From NCBI GenBank assembly GCA_043228905.1, contig JBHGNT010000003.1, positions 1,860,001 to 1,924,000 on the forward strand: a DNA stretch of 64,000 bases, written 5' to 3'. This DNA comes from Azolla caroliniana (Eukaryota > Plantae > Polypodiophyta). Below the pieces are notes generated by a model. It was not told the origin of the DNA, ran no database searches, and worked only from the letters and a program-made list of their open reading frames with translations. Below, in pieces: positions 23,058 through 36,200 of the stretch (positions within the stretch are counted from its first letter, which is position 1; each line of letters begins with the position of its first letter). The position numbers and the translations under genes are program-made.

Positions 23058-26000
23058 CATAGTTCCTAATATTCGCGTACGTCCCATTTATTGGACGTAC
23101 GTGAACGTTTGCAAACGTACGCGTATGATACGCGATATTCGTTTGCCAATTTTTATTTTTATTTTTGGTTTTTTTTTTATTTTTTTTGGGGTTTTTTTTG
23201 GGTTTTTTTTTGGGGGGGTTTTTTGGGGGGGTTTTTTCTGATGCGTTAACGTTGTGAGAGTCGAGAGTCGAGACTGAGGATCCGAGTGAGTCGTGACTCG
23301 TGAGTCTGAGTCTGAGTCTGATTTTCTGAGAGTCTGAGTCTGAGAGTTAGAACTTAGAAGCAGAGGCACACATAGAGAGATTTGTCTGTCTAATTTGAGG
23401 AGGAGATAGGAGAACTAATTGCTGCAGCTGGAGCCTGGAAACTAATTACGTACTACTCTCTCAGCAGCGCAGCAGCAGCCACAGGTATGTACTCCCACCT
23501 TCCCATTCGTCTGCACTTACTGAGCAATATGCTGTGCAATATGCTGTGCAATTTCTCCGAAATTGAGCAATATGTTGTGCAATTTCTTCTTCATTTTACA
23601 CAATCTAAGTGCAATTTCTCCGAAATTGTGCAATATGCTTTGCAATTTCTCCGAAACTGAGCAATATGCTGTGCAATTTCTTCTTCATTTTACACAATCT
23701 AAGTGGAGTCGTGGACTGAGGTGAAAAACAAAAAAATGCAAAGATGTGTATATATTGTTTGATCAAGTTGTTTTAAATTTACAAGTGTGTATATATTCTC
23801 TTAAAATGTGCAAGATGGCTCACTAAATTTTACAAACCATGAGGGAATGAAGTTTCCATTGTCTCAAAGCTATCTTCATTGCTTTTAAAAAATCATGTCA
23901 TCTTTATTTCAAAGAAAGATAAAATAATAAGGCATGCATACTTTGATGTGTACATCTTCCGCTTCGCCTTAAGCTTTGGCAAAAGATGTTTTTGTGTATG
24001 TACTATGGACAATTTGTTTGCAAATCTCCTTGGAAGGACATGTTTGCAATTATCATACCAAACAAATTTCACCTTGTTCAAATGTTTTAATATTTGCATT
24101 CTAAGGTGAGAGAATCATTCTAAACTTTGAGAAGGAAAAGCACTTCAAAAGGATTGTAGTTTTATTAAATCAATGTAATTGTAGTTTTCTAATGTTTTTT
24201 TTTTATATTCATATCAATGTGATTGTAGATTTATTAACTCACTTACTAAATTGTTGATTTATAAATCAATGTGATTGTAGTATGGGCAAACAAAAGAGCT
24301 TTTTATGGGACCACGTTATCGTCGTGAAGAGAAACGATAAAGGAATGCATATAAATGAATGCAAACATTGCAAGCACGTGTTTGCTGGTGGTCCACACCG
24401 AATCAAAGCCCATCTTTTGGGGCTAAAAGGACAAGGTGTGGATAAATGCCGCAAAGTCACTGGAGCAATAAAAGATGAGATAAAGAAATTGATATTGGAT
24501 GTGGATGCTCATGAAAGTACTAATGCTAATGAAAATTCTATTGCAGAAAGTGAGAATAATGTCGATGTAAGTACATCTAATGCCAATGTTGTGCCACCTA
24601 CTTGTGCATCTGTAGTTGACATGTCATCTTCATCATGTAAGAAGAGGAAAATTGAGAATACTAGTGGATCCTTACAAATCTCTTGGCAAAAAAGTTTGAA
24701 TAAGAATGCCGATGAATCAGTGAGAAGATTCTTTTTTGTAGAGGATATTCCACATCTTAAGGTTGATAGTTCCTTTTTTCATGATATGGTTCAAGCAATT
24801 GCAAAGGTTGGTCCGTCATATAAGCCACCAAGTTCTTTCCAATTGGGAAAGAGGCACTTAGATGAAGAAGTAAAAGTTGTTGAAGATAAACTTTCATGCA
24901 TCAAAGAGAAATGGAAAATATATGGATGCACTATAGTGAGTGATGGTTGGTCAGATACTAGAAGTAGACCAATAATTAATGTTCTAGCTTCATCAATGTT
25001 TGGTTCAGTGTTTTTGAGGTCGGTGGATACAAGTGGAGAATGTAAAACGGGGGAGTATATCTTTAATATTCTAAGCCAATGGAAGGGATCTAAAACTCAA
25101 CATGCAGAAGAAGTAGTTTCGATAATATTGAATGCTTCCTTTTGGTCAAATGTAAAGATGATAGTGGAAATATGCTCACCAATTTTAAAAGTGTTGCGAT
25201 TGGCGGATAGAGAAGGTGCAACAATGGGGTTGATATATGAATGTACACGAAGAATGATAGAAGAAATAAATAAAATGCAAGGAATCAATAACATGTTGCT
25301 TGATGAAATTAGGGGATTATGCATGGATAGATGCAAAATGTTACATTCACCATTACATGCAATTGGATACCTCTTACATCCAATTTGGTGGGAAAATTCT
25401 CAAGTTTTTGATAATGTGGTGAATGCTAGTTGGATAGACACCATTATGCGATATGCAAATGGTGACATTAAGATGCAAGGTAATTTATTAGATGAGTGTC
25501 ATGCTTATAAAACTAAAGAGAAGGGTATTTTTCAACTTCCACCTTCAAATGATCCTACTAGAATGAAAGATGGTGTTAAGTGGTGGGAATTATTTGGAGG
25601 AGAAACCCCAAATTTAAGTAAACTTGCAATACGAGTGCTTTCTCAAGGTACTTATGCATCTCCATGTGAGAGAAATTGGAGTACCTTTTCATTGATACAC
25701 ACTAAGAGGAGAAATAGGTTGAGTCATGATCATATAGAGAAGCTAGTATACTTGCATACAAACCATCGTCTATTAAAGAAAGTCAAAGAAAGAGATTCAT
25801 GCCGTATAGAAGTGACTTTGGATATGATTAATAAAGAAGAAGATGATGATAGGCTTTTGGTATTGCAAAGTCAACATGCAACTATGGTTAATGAGGATTT
25901 TGACGAAGATGATGATGATGGGCAAGATGTTAACTTTGACAATGCACCTCAAGAGTAGAGAGGCGTGGATTAACAATTAGTACTATAAATTTAGAGGTTA

Positions 26001-26310
26001 GAGCTACTTTCTAGGTTAATGTTCATGTTTGAAGTTTTGAACTTTGGATAAATTTTGGTTCATGTTTAGAACTTTGGATGCTATTTTGTTAGTTTTCAAT
26101 GAATTTAAGGTCTTGATTTTTGTCTATAAAAATCTTGATTATTTTCTATTTTTCATATTTTTTTAAAAAAATTTAGAGTAATAAAAATAAATATAAATAT
26201 AAATATAGACGAATGGATTCCAATCATACTTGGAACCATTTCACGTATGAGTATGATACGAATATTCACGTATGAGTATGACACGTTTGAGACGTATGGC
26301 TAGAACTATG
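23058..26310 (+). mobile_element. Inner hAT transposon nested in the outer hAT transposase
   Basis: Termini CATAGTTC...GAACTATG; perfect 8-bp TSD ATTGGATG (23050-23057 and 26311-26318); CGTA/TACG-rich subterminal repeats. Confidence 0.95.
24282..25958 (+). CDS. hAT transposase (BED finger, DUF659-like region, dimerisation domain), 558 aa, with an internal in-frame deletion
   Basis: CKHC...RIKAHL, GCTIVSDGWSD, LHSPLHAIGYLLHP, WWELFG, ASPCERNWSTF, KRRNRL. The TDN and CxxH blocks are absent. Confidence 0.88.
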   Translation: MGKQKSFLWDHVIVVKRNDKGMHINECKHCKHVFAGGPHRIKAHLLGLKGQGVDKCRKVTGAIKDEIKKLILDVDAHESTNANENSIAESENNVDVSTSNANVVPPTCASVVDMSSSSCKKRKIENTSGSLQISWQKSLNKNADESVRRFFFVEDIPHLKVDSSFFHDMVQAIAKVGPSYKPPSSFQLGKRHLDEEVKVVEDKLSCIKEKWKIYGCTIVSDGWSDTRSRPIINVLASSMFGSVFLRSVDTSGECKTGEYIFNILSQWKGSKTQHAEEVVSIILNASFWSNVKMIVEICSPILKVLRLADREGATMGLIYECTRRMIEEINKMQGINNMLLDEIRGLCMDRCKMLHSPLHAIGYLLHPIWWENSQVFDNVVNASWIDTIMRYANGDIKMQGNLLDECHAYKTKEKGIFQLPPSNDPTRMKDGVKWWELFGGETPNLSKLAIRVLSQGTYASPCERNWSTFSLIHTKRRNRLSHDHIEKLVYLHTNHRLLKKVKERDSCRIEVTLDMINKEEDDDRLLVLQSQHATMVNEDFDEDDDDGQDVNFDNAPQE

Positions 26311-27475
26311 ATTGGATGTGATAATGTTACTCATTCACATCCATTGAAGTTTATACCAATTCCAAACCCAGAGGAGGTAACAAAACGATCAAGAAGACTA
26401 GTGAGTGGTCTTGATAGTGAGAATGAAGATAGTGATTTCAACTTGAATATGTTTCATGGTAATGTGGAAAATGGTAGTTTGGATGAATGCATTAGCATTG
26501 GAAAGGACTTTGTCCAACATGTTATTGATGCCTTAAACAATCGTTTCCCGGATGTTACATTTTCAATGTTGTAAAGTTGTTTAATCCATCTTCATATCCC
26601 ATTGAGGAAAATGAAAGAAAGAAAAAGACAACGAAATGCACAAACTTATTGGGAAGTTTAATATTGATAGGCAAATTGTTGACATGAAAAGATGCTTCAA
26701 TGAACGAGAAGATTTTGTTGGTATGCTTGTTAGAATTGCTAAAGGAAGAGGAATGCATGATGCATGGGATATTTGTTGCAAAGCACAATCTTGGTGGCAA
26801 TTATTTCCGGGTATTATGCAATTGGGGCAACTATGTATGACTATTCCTATTAGTACAGCAGCATGTGAACGAGGTTTTTCACGTCAAAATACCATAAAAA
26901 ATGATATTAGAAACGGTTTATCTTTGGAAACTTTAGATGCTTTGATCTTTATATCCTTGAATGCTCAAGATACATCAAACATTTGTTGGAGGGATATATT
27001 TAACCTTTGGTATGAAGAAAAAGAGAGAAGGATATTATCATTGAAGTAGACACATATTTTACAATGCTTAATATGAGGAGTCACGGTATGATAAACATTT
27101 TTTGTGTTTTTTGGGTTTTAAGAAATATATGATGATTTAAATATTCAATTTGTATGATTTCATTATCTTTGTGAGGTAGTTATGTTTATTTGTGTATCTT
27201 TGTATACTTTCTATAGTTCAAGCATAATATGCTTTTCATTATTAAAACTTGTATGTCAAATGACATTTTAGTTTTGGCACTCTCGTGTCATATGACATAC
27301 ATCTTTAAAAAGTGCCCGTCAAAAAACTTAAAGACCAACCCGTCAAATTCAGGCCCTGCTTATGAATCAAACATCAAGGTTTTCCTCTATGCAAGGCCTT
27401 GGCAAGAAAGGAAATGGTTTCATGTAATTACAGGTCATTTTTGGGCCAATCGATGGTGGATTGTATTGCTTACAT

Positions 27476-28773
27476 CATAGTATGAACCATAGTACGTAAA
27501 ATTCGTGTTCGTCTGCCATATCATTCGTTTTCATACGTTGGAAAACGAACACGAATGATATGCAAATATTCGTGTGTGTTTTTTTTTCATTTTTTTCGTT
27601 TTTTTTTTCATTTTTTTTCATTTTTTTTTCAATTTTTTTCAATTTTTCCCTCTTTTCTCCCTTTTCCTCTGCACTAACGTTACGCTCTCTTCTCCTCTAC
27701 AACCTAGCCTCAAACGATTTGCGATTCTGCAGAGTGCATTCAACCTTCAGGTATATTTAGTGTAGAAATATGGTTTTAATTTCAGTGATGAAATTTCTGT
27801 GCTGAAAAATCAGAAATTTCTGTGCTAAAAAATCAGAAATTTCTGTGCTAAAAAATCAGAAATTTCTGTGATGAAATTTCATCAACGAAATTTCAATCAA
27901 ATTTTCTGAAGTATGGTATGAATGATAAATACCATACTTTTGGATAAATGGTTTACTATAAGGTAAACATTTTTTCACGGAAAAAAATTTTTAAAAATTG
28001 CAAAAAAAAAACATATTACCTTCTTAATAACAATATGCTTTTTTTCGTAAATTCTAATAACAACTACCCAAAATGCCTAGTCTCCAAAAAAATCCTCAAT
28101 GAGGTGTTACATCAAAACGAGCATTCCTAATCTTCATTCAAGGTGATATCATCATCTTCAAAAATTTCAGACATTACATCACAGAAATTTCAGTGATGAA
28201 ATTTTAAAATTTTCATCAAGAAATTTCTGAAATTATTGAAATTTCAAAAATTTCAGTGATGAAATTTCATCACAGAAATTTCAATGATGAAATTTCATCA
28301 CGAAATTTCTGAAAGATGAAATTTCATCACAGAAATTTTAGAAATTTCATCACAAAATTTCAGAAATTTCAGTGATGATTGAAATTTCTGAAATTTCAAT
28401 CATCACTGAAATTTCTGATTTTTTAGCACAGAAATTTCTGATTTTTCAGCACAGAAATTTCATCACTGAAATTAAAACCATATTTCTACACTGAATATAC
28501 CTGAAGGTTGAATGCACTCTGCAGAATCGCAAATCGTTTGAGGCTAGGTTGTAGAGGAGAAGAGAGCGTAACGTTAGTGCAGAGGAAAAGGGAGAAAAGA
28601 GGGAAAAATTGGAAAAAATTGAAAAAAAATTGAAAAAAAATGAAAAAAAATGAAAAAAAAATGAAAAAAATGAAAAAAAAAAAACACACGAATATTTGCA
28701 TATCATTCGTGTTCGTTTTCCAACGTATGAAAACGAATGATATGGCAGACGAACACGAATTTTACGTACTATG
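27476..28773. mobile_element. Non-autonomous foldback hAT derivative with ~360-bp inverted arms
   Basis: Arms ~27488-27843 and ~28408-28773 are near-perfect reverse complements. CATAGT termini, 8-bp TSD GCTTACAT (27468-27475 and 28774-28781), internal GAAATTTC repeats. Confidence 0.9.
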
Positions 28774-30271
28774 GCTTACATTGCTCAAATATGTTCTTCA
28801 ATTCAAGTTTGTAAATTTAATAAGTTTAGGAGCATTCCTTGTTTGAAGTGGGAAAGATACATTTAAGGACAACAACTTATCCAAAGTTGGAGCTCCAAAG
28901 GCCCCTTTACAATGAGAACTCTTGCCCTTTCATATCAGTTGGAAACATTGAAGGCCCCCTATCACATTATAGGTCAATTGGCACTATCTTTTGCCACCTA
29001 AATATAGGCCTTAAGCTTGTTCCTCGTATGCCCAAGGTAATTCCTACACACATGCACACTTCTTGTATGTGCAATATGTCATATCGTATGCATTAAAGCT
29101 CATAGGGTTACTATAATAAAATATTTTTTTCATCACATGACATTATTTTCCTTAGTATTGTTGTTCGTAAACTCTTATTTTTATGTAGTTAATTGGATGG
29201 TTGATCTTTCCCAATGGAGGTACCAAGAGAGATTTTAGTTATTGTCAATAATTCTAACTTGTTGCTAATTTTTCTACCTACCTAATTTTATCTCTCCATG
29301 GTTTCTAAAGGTTCATTCATCACTAATTTTCCAAATAAGAGGAAGGTGTAGCAATATTCATTACATCTAATGTCTTGTTTGAGTTAATTATCACAACGGC
29401 AAAGCCTCATTAGATATTGTCATGCTTTCACCACACTAATGGAAATTTGTAAGTTGAGTAAGATCCACTTGTGCATTTGTGAAGCTGTTAGTAAACCAAA
29501 TCCATTGCATTAAAAAATCAGGGCCATTGTAGATGATCATGCATGCATGCATGGTTGACCTTTAAATTATGGTTCTTTCCAAAAGAAAACACTATGGTGA
29601 TCTATACAATTTTTTAGAATTTGTTAAATCAGTACTTGTGCAACATCGTGGAAATTTTGTTAGCTCTAATACAGATTAAATGTGCTTTCATTTCAAACTT
29701 TCTGCAGAATTATTTTTTCTAGAGCATGTTAATGTAGCTTTATGTCAATCATAGTTCCCTGAAAGCCTTTTTCATCATCCAAATTAATGTTGCATTCTTG
29801 ATGGTATTTTGGGTACACTTCTGGAGTACTTTATATTCCTTAAACGTGTTGTATCAAATACAAAGAAAAACCTAGAAGAGGGATATACCAGCATTCCAAT
29901 AACATCTTGGCCATCATGTTTACACCTTTACAAAATTTCATGCCATGTTCCAACAAAGTGTTCAATAGACCAATACTCCACTTGCCTACTCACGTAGTGA
30001 CTCAAATGGCAATAAAGCCAGGTATATATATTACAATTGAAACACGTAACAATGATGGATACGGCCTCATTCGGCACACGTTTACAATTGAAAACAAGGA
30101 AACCAATAATGTGACTCTCTTACTCACTCTTTCCTGTACCTTCACAAATCTGAGAGGCATTTTGCAAAGAGTGCCTTCAAAATCTGTTTCTATACATCAA
30201 TGTATTCAACAATGTAGACATCTTCACAAAGCACAAAAATTGGAGGCTTTACAATTGAACTCTGGGGAAGA

Positions 30272-33200
30272 TCATGGGGCAAGAACAAGGACCTTTATGG
30301 TACCTTGACTATTCGCCGCAAGCATGGTCGGACTCTCGCTCTTCCAACAAACTGCACTTATGAAATGAGGGGTGTCATCATCACTGTCGTCGAGATCAGA
30401 AGATCGAAACCTATGCCTTACTGCTGGGTTTGAAATCTCCTGTAATGCAACATAATATATTGCGTTAAATCCAAAAGCAAGAGATGATATAGTGTATCTA
30501 AAATACATGTGCTTCCCAAATAAGGCCCTATCCACTAGGACAACTTACTGAGCCTTGTGATTAAATATATATTTTCACCTTGTGATACACACAAACTTCA
30601 TTTGTTTCACTGCCACATGCGATATAATCACCATTCACAGACAGCCCGACGAAGTTCTTTTCATTTGTGTGACCTTTCAATGTCCGTACCTATAAAGGAA
30701 ATCACAAGCAAAAACTAGTTAATAATTATAATATACAACATACAGAATCTTGAGTGTTCTGCCAAGAATACATGCAGATGTATTATTCTTTCAAACGAGA
30801 AAATTTGGTTAAAAGAAATTAGGGAAAACAAGAAAGCCCTAACTTTTTGGATATTTATTAGAAGACCCGAAAAGGTAAGAAAAACTACCAGAATACACTC
30901 TGTAAGTAGTAAACTCTGGCAGAGGGGTATTCAGGCAATTCTTTTAAACACATTAAGGGTATTTTGGTGAATATCATACAAGGTTGATCGGTCTTTTTGG
31001 AGATCCCTCTCCAACCAACTATATTTATTCATGTTGCCAAGTGTTGAAAGGAGAGTACATACATGTGTATTCTCTCTGACGTCCCAGAGGCGAAGAGTGC
31101 TATCAGTAGAGGCAGAAGCGAGTTCGGTAGGCGAGATGAACTTAACATAAGAGACTGCCTTCCGGTGCCCACTAAAAACATGTAATGGTGCACGGGTACT
31201 TCGGAGATCATAGTAATGAACATGATGATCAGCTGAGCCAACCTAAAAATAATTCTCATAAGAATCTTTCACTAATCACAATATTTAATCCTATAAGAAA
31301 CTCCGAAAGTTTTGGTTTACTTCCTTAAATACCCTATCATTTTTTATTATTTCCCAGTGCCTTTGGGCAACCTTGGAAAGAGCAATTATTTGTTATTTAT
31401 GTATATTCAATTCATCTCCTCTTTCTGAATCTGTGCTATTGAGGTAATTATATATCGTCTCCCATTTTCTCTTTTCCAGGGGCCCACAAAAGGCATTCAG
31501 GGGAATAATGAAAAACGTCAGGGGTTCTGATAATAAAATTCCCTTTCGAAAAAGGAAAAAAAGCTCAATAAGTTTGTTACTACTGGTTATGTAGGCATGT
31601 AGCATACCGCCAAATAATTGCTTGATCCAGGGTTATACTTAACACAGCATATATTGGCCTTCATATCAATATCAAGTACACTTGACTCTTGCTTTGTACA
31701 CCATATCTTCACCTGCATTACAAAGCCAAAAAAGGAGAGATGAAATACAAGCATACTTCCTTTCTAGAATATGTTTCTTATGTTTAACTCAAGATAACAT
31801 TTTGCACACAACGCAGAGCACAATAATATAAACTTGGAAGGAGGCTGGCTTGCTGTATGAAACAAGATACAACTCCTTATAATTATTTCTCTAAGAATTG
31901 AACAGCCAAGGACTATATTTTGAAACTCATGGCCATGGCTTCTTTGATCATATCAAGGATTGTAGCTTTCTATGTAATTAAAGTATTATAAACTATACAT
32001 TTAAGTAGTGCTAAAACCAGGTAAAAATGTTGAATTTCAAATACAAAAATGTTCCCTCTATCACCCATACATAAAAACCATGTACTAACGCTAGCACATG
32101 CACATACATTACATTTATAAACTACAAAATTGTGCATGTATGTATATATCTTCCTCAGAAGAATCTAAGCATATATAAGAGGGGACATTATATATACCTT
32201 GCAGTCATCGCTGCCTGATACAAGCATTGATGGATCTGTACGTGAAAAATCTACACTCCATGCACGTTTCTCATGCTCCTCATATTCCATGATGCTCTAA
32301 ATTATTCTCAAATAAAACTTCAAGATAAATAAGACGATGGAAAAATATCACAAATTTCTTCATGGGTTTCGGGGATCACACACCTGTCGTGTATTTACAT
32401 CCCACACAGTCACAATGCCCTCATAATCACTACTTGCTATTTGATTCTTGAGATGCTTATTCCAGCTGAGACAGCTCAGCTTCGATCTCGTTGACATCTC
32501 GACAACTGGATAATGTACATCAGCGGGTACATTCACCACCTTCTCAAAAAACGTTAAACATGGTTTCTTTCAGTGTCAAAATTCATCATTTGTATTGAAA
32601 TCACAATACTTTTTTGTCTACTTACATACCGTAGAAAACTCAAAGATTTTTATTCGTCTTGATACACCAGCCGTTGCAAACAGCTCATCATCTCGGTCAA
32701 ATTCAATGCTGTAATCGAAAAATTATGATCATATTAATCCAAAATTTTCATGCATTGTGTAGTATGTATACAATAAATGCTTGTTTCTTAACACAAAGTA
32801 CCAGTAATTCTTCATTAGAAAAACAATTTATAACCTTACCTAGAAACAATGTTGGAAGAAGGAAATAGATCACCTTGCCGAACTTCAGCTATCACACGTA
32901 GGCGACTGTAATTATAGCATAGATTTTAGCCATTAAAATAAGGGTGTCTTTGCATATAGCATAAAACACAAGAAGCAAAAAACAATGAGGAAAACCTGTA
33001 TCGTGTGAACGCATTTAGAATGCTTTGAAAGTCTTCAAGGCCTGCACTTCCAATACCTTTATTACTGATTTCTTTCTCTTTCTTGGAATTCAAATCTAGC
33101 TGCTTTTGTTTTTGAGATGTCATCCGCCGCCTTTTTAGCAAGTAGCATTCTTGTAGATCTTCAAACTGGCAGAAAATAGCATAGGAACCTCAGGCACTAA

Positions 33201-36200
33201 CAAATGGATTCATTTGATACATATAATGATGATTAGTATCGAGTGAGCTAACTTGATAACAATGCTTAAAGAGAATGCGGAGTTAATAATCTCGCACATA
33301 CACAGAAAAGTATGTTTATGATTTTTATTCAGCCTTACTAATCCATGCAACAAAACATAACGTCATCCTGATGTTAGTGGTATGATTTTCAAGTGTTTCT
33401 AGAGATATAAAGAACATGTCTTGACTTTAATCTCAAGTTAGGTGAGAAGATGGATCATTGATGGAATTGTATATGTCTATTCCACATAAGATCTGCAGAG
33501 ACATAGAAGAGGAATGAAGTCATGACTTACAAACATGGAATGCATACACCACCTAAATTGCGGCGGCAAATATTGTGCATTACAATCTTCATTCTGTGCA
33601 CCTATTAAATTGCAATGGTAAAGATTGTGCTTTGCAATCTTCATTCTGTGGGTTCAAGTCTCAGGAAATAGATCTGATGTTGCATTAATTATCCAAAATT
33701 CTTCAGATCCTTTTTTGTTTCAAATTTGAACTCCGAATCAAGACATTGTCGATAATAATGTAGCATTAATCCCACACTAATGACTCTGGTGTTAGTCTGA
33801 TTTGTGGGCCCTTAAACCCTTCGCTTTCCATCCTAAACCTTTCAAGGAAGGATAGCAGTGACTCATTTTTAGTGGAGATCATGCACTCTACCAGGTTACT
33901 CCTTGAAACAAGGCTTTTCAAATTTACTTTCATCAACCTAAGAGTTGAAAAGGATAGCATTATGTGATAATTAAGGGAATGCTAACGAGAAGACAAATGG
34001 TGTGAGAAAACACTGAGCACATAAAAACATAGAAACAAGTTCGAAATTCAGTATTGATAAACACACCTGAGCTAAAACTCTTTTCTTTTTTGTGATTACA
34101 GTGTTAGGGGATGCACGAAGGCCTTGAGAATTGGAATTGGAATTGGAATTGGAATCTACTGGTCCACCAGCAAAGAGCAAATTCCTCTTCTGGCTAGTCA
34201 TTGATGACATGGTTTCTCGGCATTCATCTTTCCTGGCGGTAGTTGAATGATTAGCCATCCCTGCTTCATTTTTTGCTAGAATTACTCCATTGGCCGTCGC
34301 TGCATAAGGAGCTGCCATAGCTGCATGACCCAAACTATGATTCGATGCATGTAACATCATGCTTAGCTTTACAGAGTATCTTTCTCTAGCTCTTACAAGC
34401 TCGTGCCTTTGTTTGTCAACGGATATAACATCTTCTTTTATTAACTGTAGATCAGCTTGCAACTGGAAAGAAAACAAGAATCTCTATTATTGCTGATACA
34501 AGATCATAAAACTGCATTTTTATATTTTATCAAGCCTCATTAACTATGAAATCCATCCTTTCAAACAATCTAACCTCATGTAACAATGAACTGTACCTTT
34601 ACAATCACCCTAACCTCAAGCAATCACCCTAACCTCAAGTAACAATGAAATGCATATTTATGTTGATCATTTCCGTACACTTCAGTGTTGGTCAAAAATG
34701 AAAGGGAAGGGACAAAACAATAGAAAGGCTGGTAGCATAATATGAAAAGGTCAATGGGTGCTGTAAAAGTTATAAAATACATATTTATAAGTCTTTTAAA
34801 CTTTTTCTAGGCATTAATATACTTGATCTAGAGCTTAAATTTGTCTTAATATCCTAAACTCTTAATCTTACCTTGAGATCAAAACCTTTTGAGTCTCAAT
34901 CTTAAGTGTCTTATCTTAAGTCTTAATCCCCATAATTTACAGTCAACCTAACCTCATTTAACAATGAAATGCATCTTACAATTAATCTAACCTCATTTAA
35001 TAATAGAATACATCATTAAAGTCAACCACACCTCATTTAACCCTTGAAATGCACCTTTACAATCAATCTGGCCTCATTCAACAAATGCAACTTTACAACC
35101 AATCTAACCTCCTTTAATTCCTCATGTTTTTGTTGCTGCAGTCTTTGCAAAAAGTCGAGAAGGATTTCCATGTTTGTCTCCGCCTCTTCTTGCTCGGCTT
35201 TTCTTTTCTTCTCACCTAGAAGAGAAAGCAGTGAGTCCAACTCCTTCACAGATACTTCAGCTCCCTGTGAATAATGCAAAATTTCATTAGTGCAGATTAT
35301 AGAAATTTGTCGCCTTGTACACATCATCATCTTTTTACCCAATAAAGAAGATGGGGTGTATCAAATCCAAACCTCTTGAAGATAATGCTTGAAATGCTCC
35401 AACGGTGATGCATTGCTCACGAGTTGGCATGCTGAAGCCTTTTTTAGAAGCTGCGCATCAAAGGAAGAGAGCAATACAAAGCATTATTCAGGCATTACTT
35501 TTTTATTTAGAATGTTTGTTTATTTAATCTACTATATCTTACAAAATCTACTGTAAATACAAATCAAGTTCACAAAACTACTGCTTTTGATACAAATCAT
35601 CCACTACAGATCTAATGAAAAATCATGTCGAGCTTAAAACGTGTGCCAAGCTTTGTAAAAACTCAAAAATGCATTATTTCTAAATTCTTCTTAATCAGAA
35701 CACATTTACACCTAAAACACTAGGCCACAAAATTATACATATGATATGGATGCCTCATTTACTTTACAACATAATGCATTGATTACTGAGGGGTTAAACC
35801 AGTAGTAATTATACTCTTTGTTGTCACATGCATTTACTTGGCGTACTGCACCCAAGAATGTCCAGCTCATGCATTGGGTTTGGTTGAGTACCATTCATAC
35901 AGAGGTATAGACAGTGTAGAAATCCAGAATGGTAATAAATGAAGAAAAGGGTGCGTAACCCTTCATATATTAACAAACCCTAAGACTAAGTCCAAACCAC
36001 AGCCATTCATTTTGTGGCCCTCCAATAGATATTGGCCCAACTCTCACCCTAATTCGCTCCAAATAATGCAATCGTGCATATTCTTATTAAACAAATCAAT
36101 GTGCATTTATAAAGCCCAGAGATTTAATTGTACATTTGCTAAAAACGCAAATTCATGAATTAATTCACCCCAAATAATGTGGCTATGCAAAGGATCATAA

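Larger units (their letters stand above)
5809..27049 (+). pseudogene. Outer hAT transposase pseudogene in three pieces: 5809-6052, 21790-23057, 26319-27049
   Basis: KCMWCE|DARRNNVF...LNEHSKSSDH (TTF-type Zn finger rejoined across the TSD), FFSILIDKSTD, SDGASSMVGKNNG, HCIAHREALA, RWLS, ISTAACERGFSRQNTIKNDIRN (hAT dimerisation region). Several stops and frameshifts. Confidence 0.85.
4030..27358 (+). mobile_element. Old outer hAT-family element (ZNF862/ZMYM-like transposase) split by nested insertions; left boundary approximate
   Basis: Coding pieces rejoin across two TSDs. The right end reads ...CCCGTCAAATTCAGGCCCTG (CAGGG-type hAT terminus). CCGTCAA motifs occur near 4040/4090 and 27315/27340. 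No intact left TIR was found. Confidence 0.65.

Noticed and set aside
27560-28846. Phe- or Lys-rich ORFs on both strands
   Set aside because: Products of T/A homopolymer tracts in the foldback arms.
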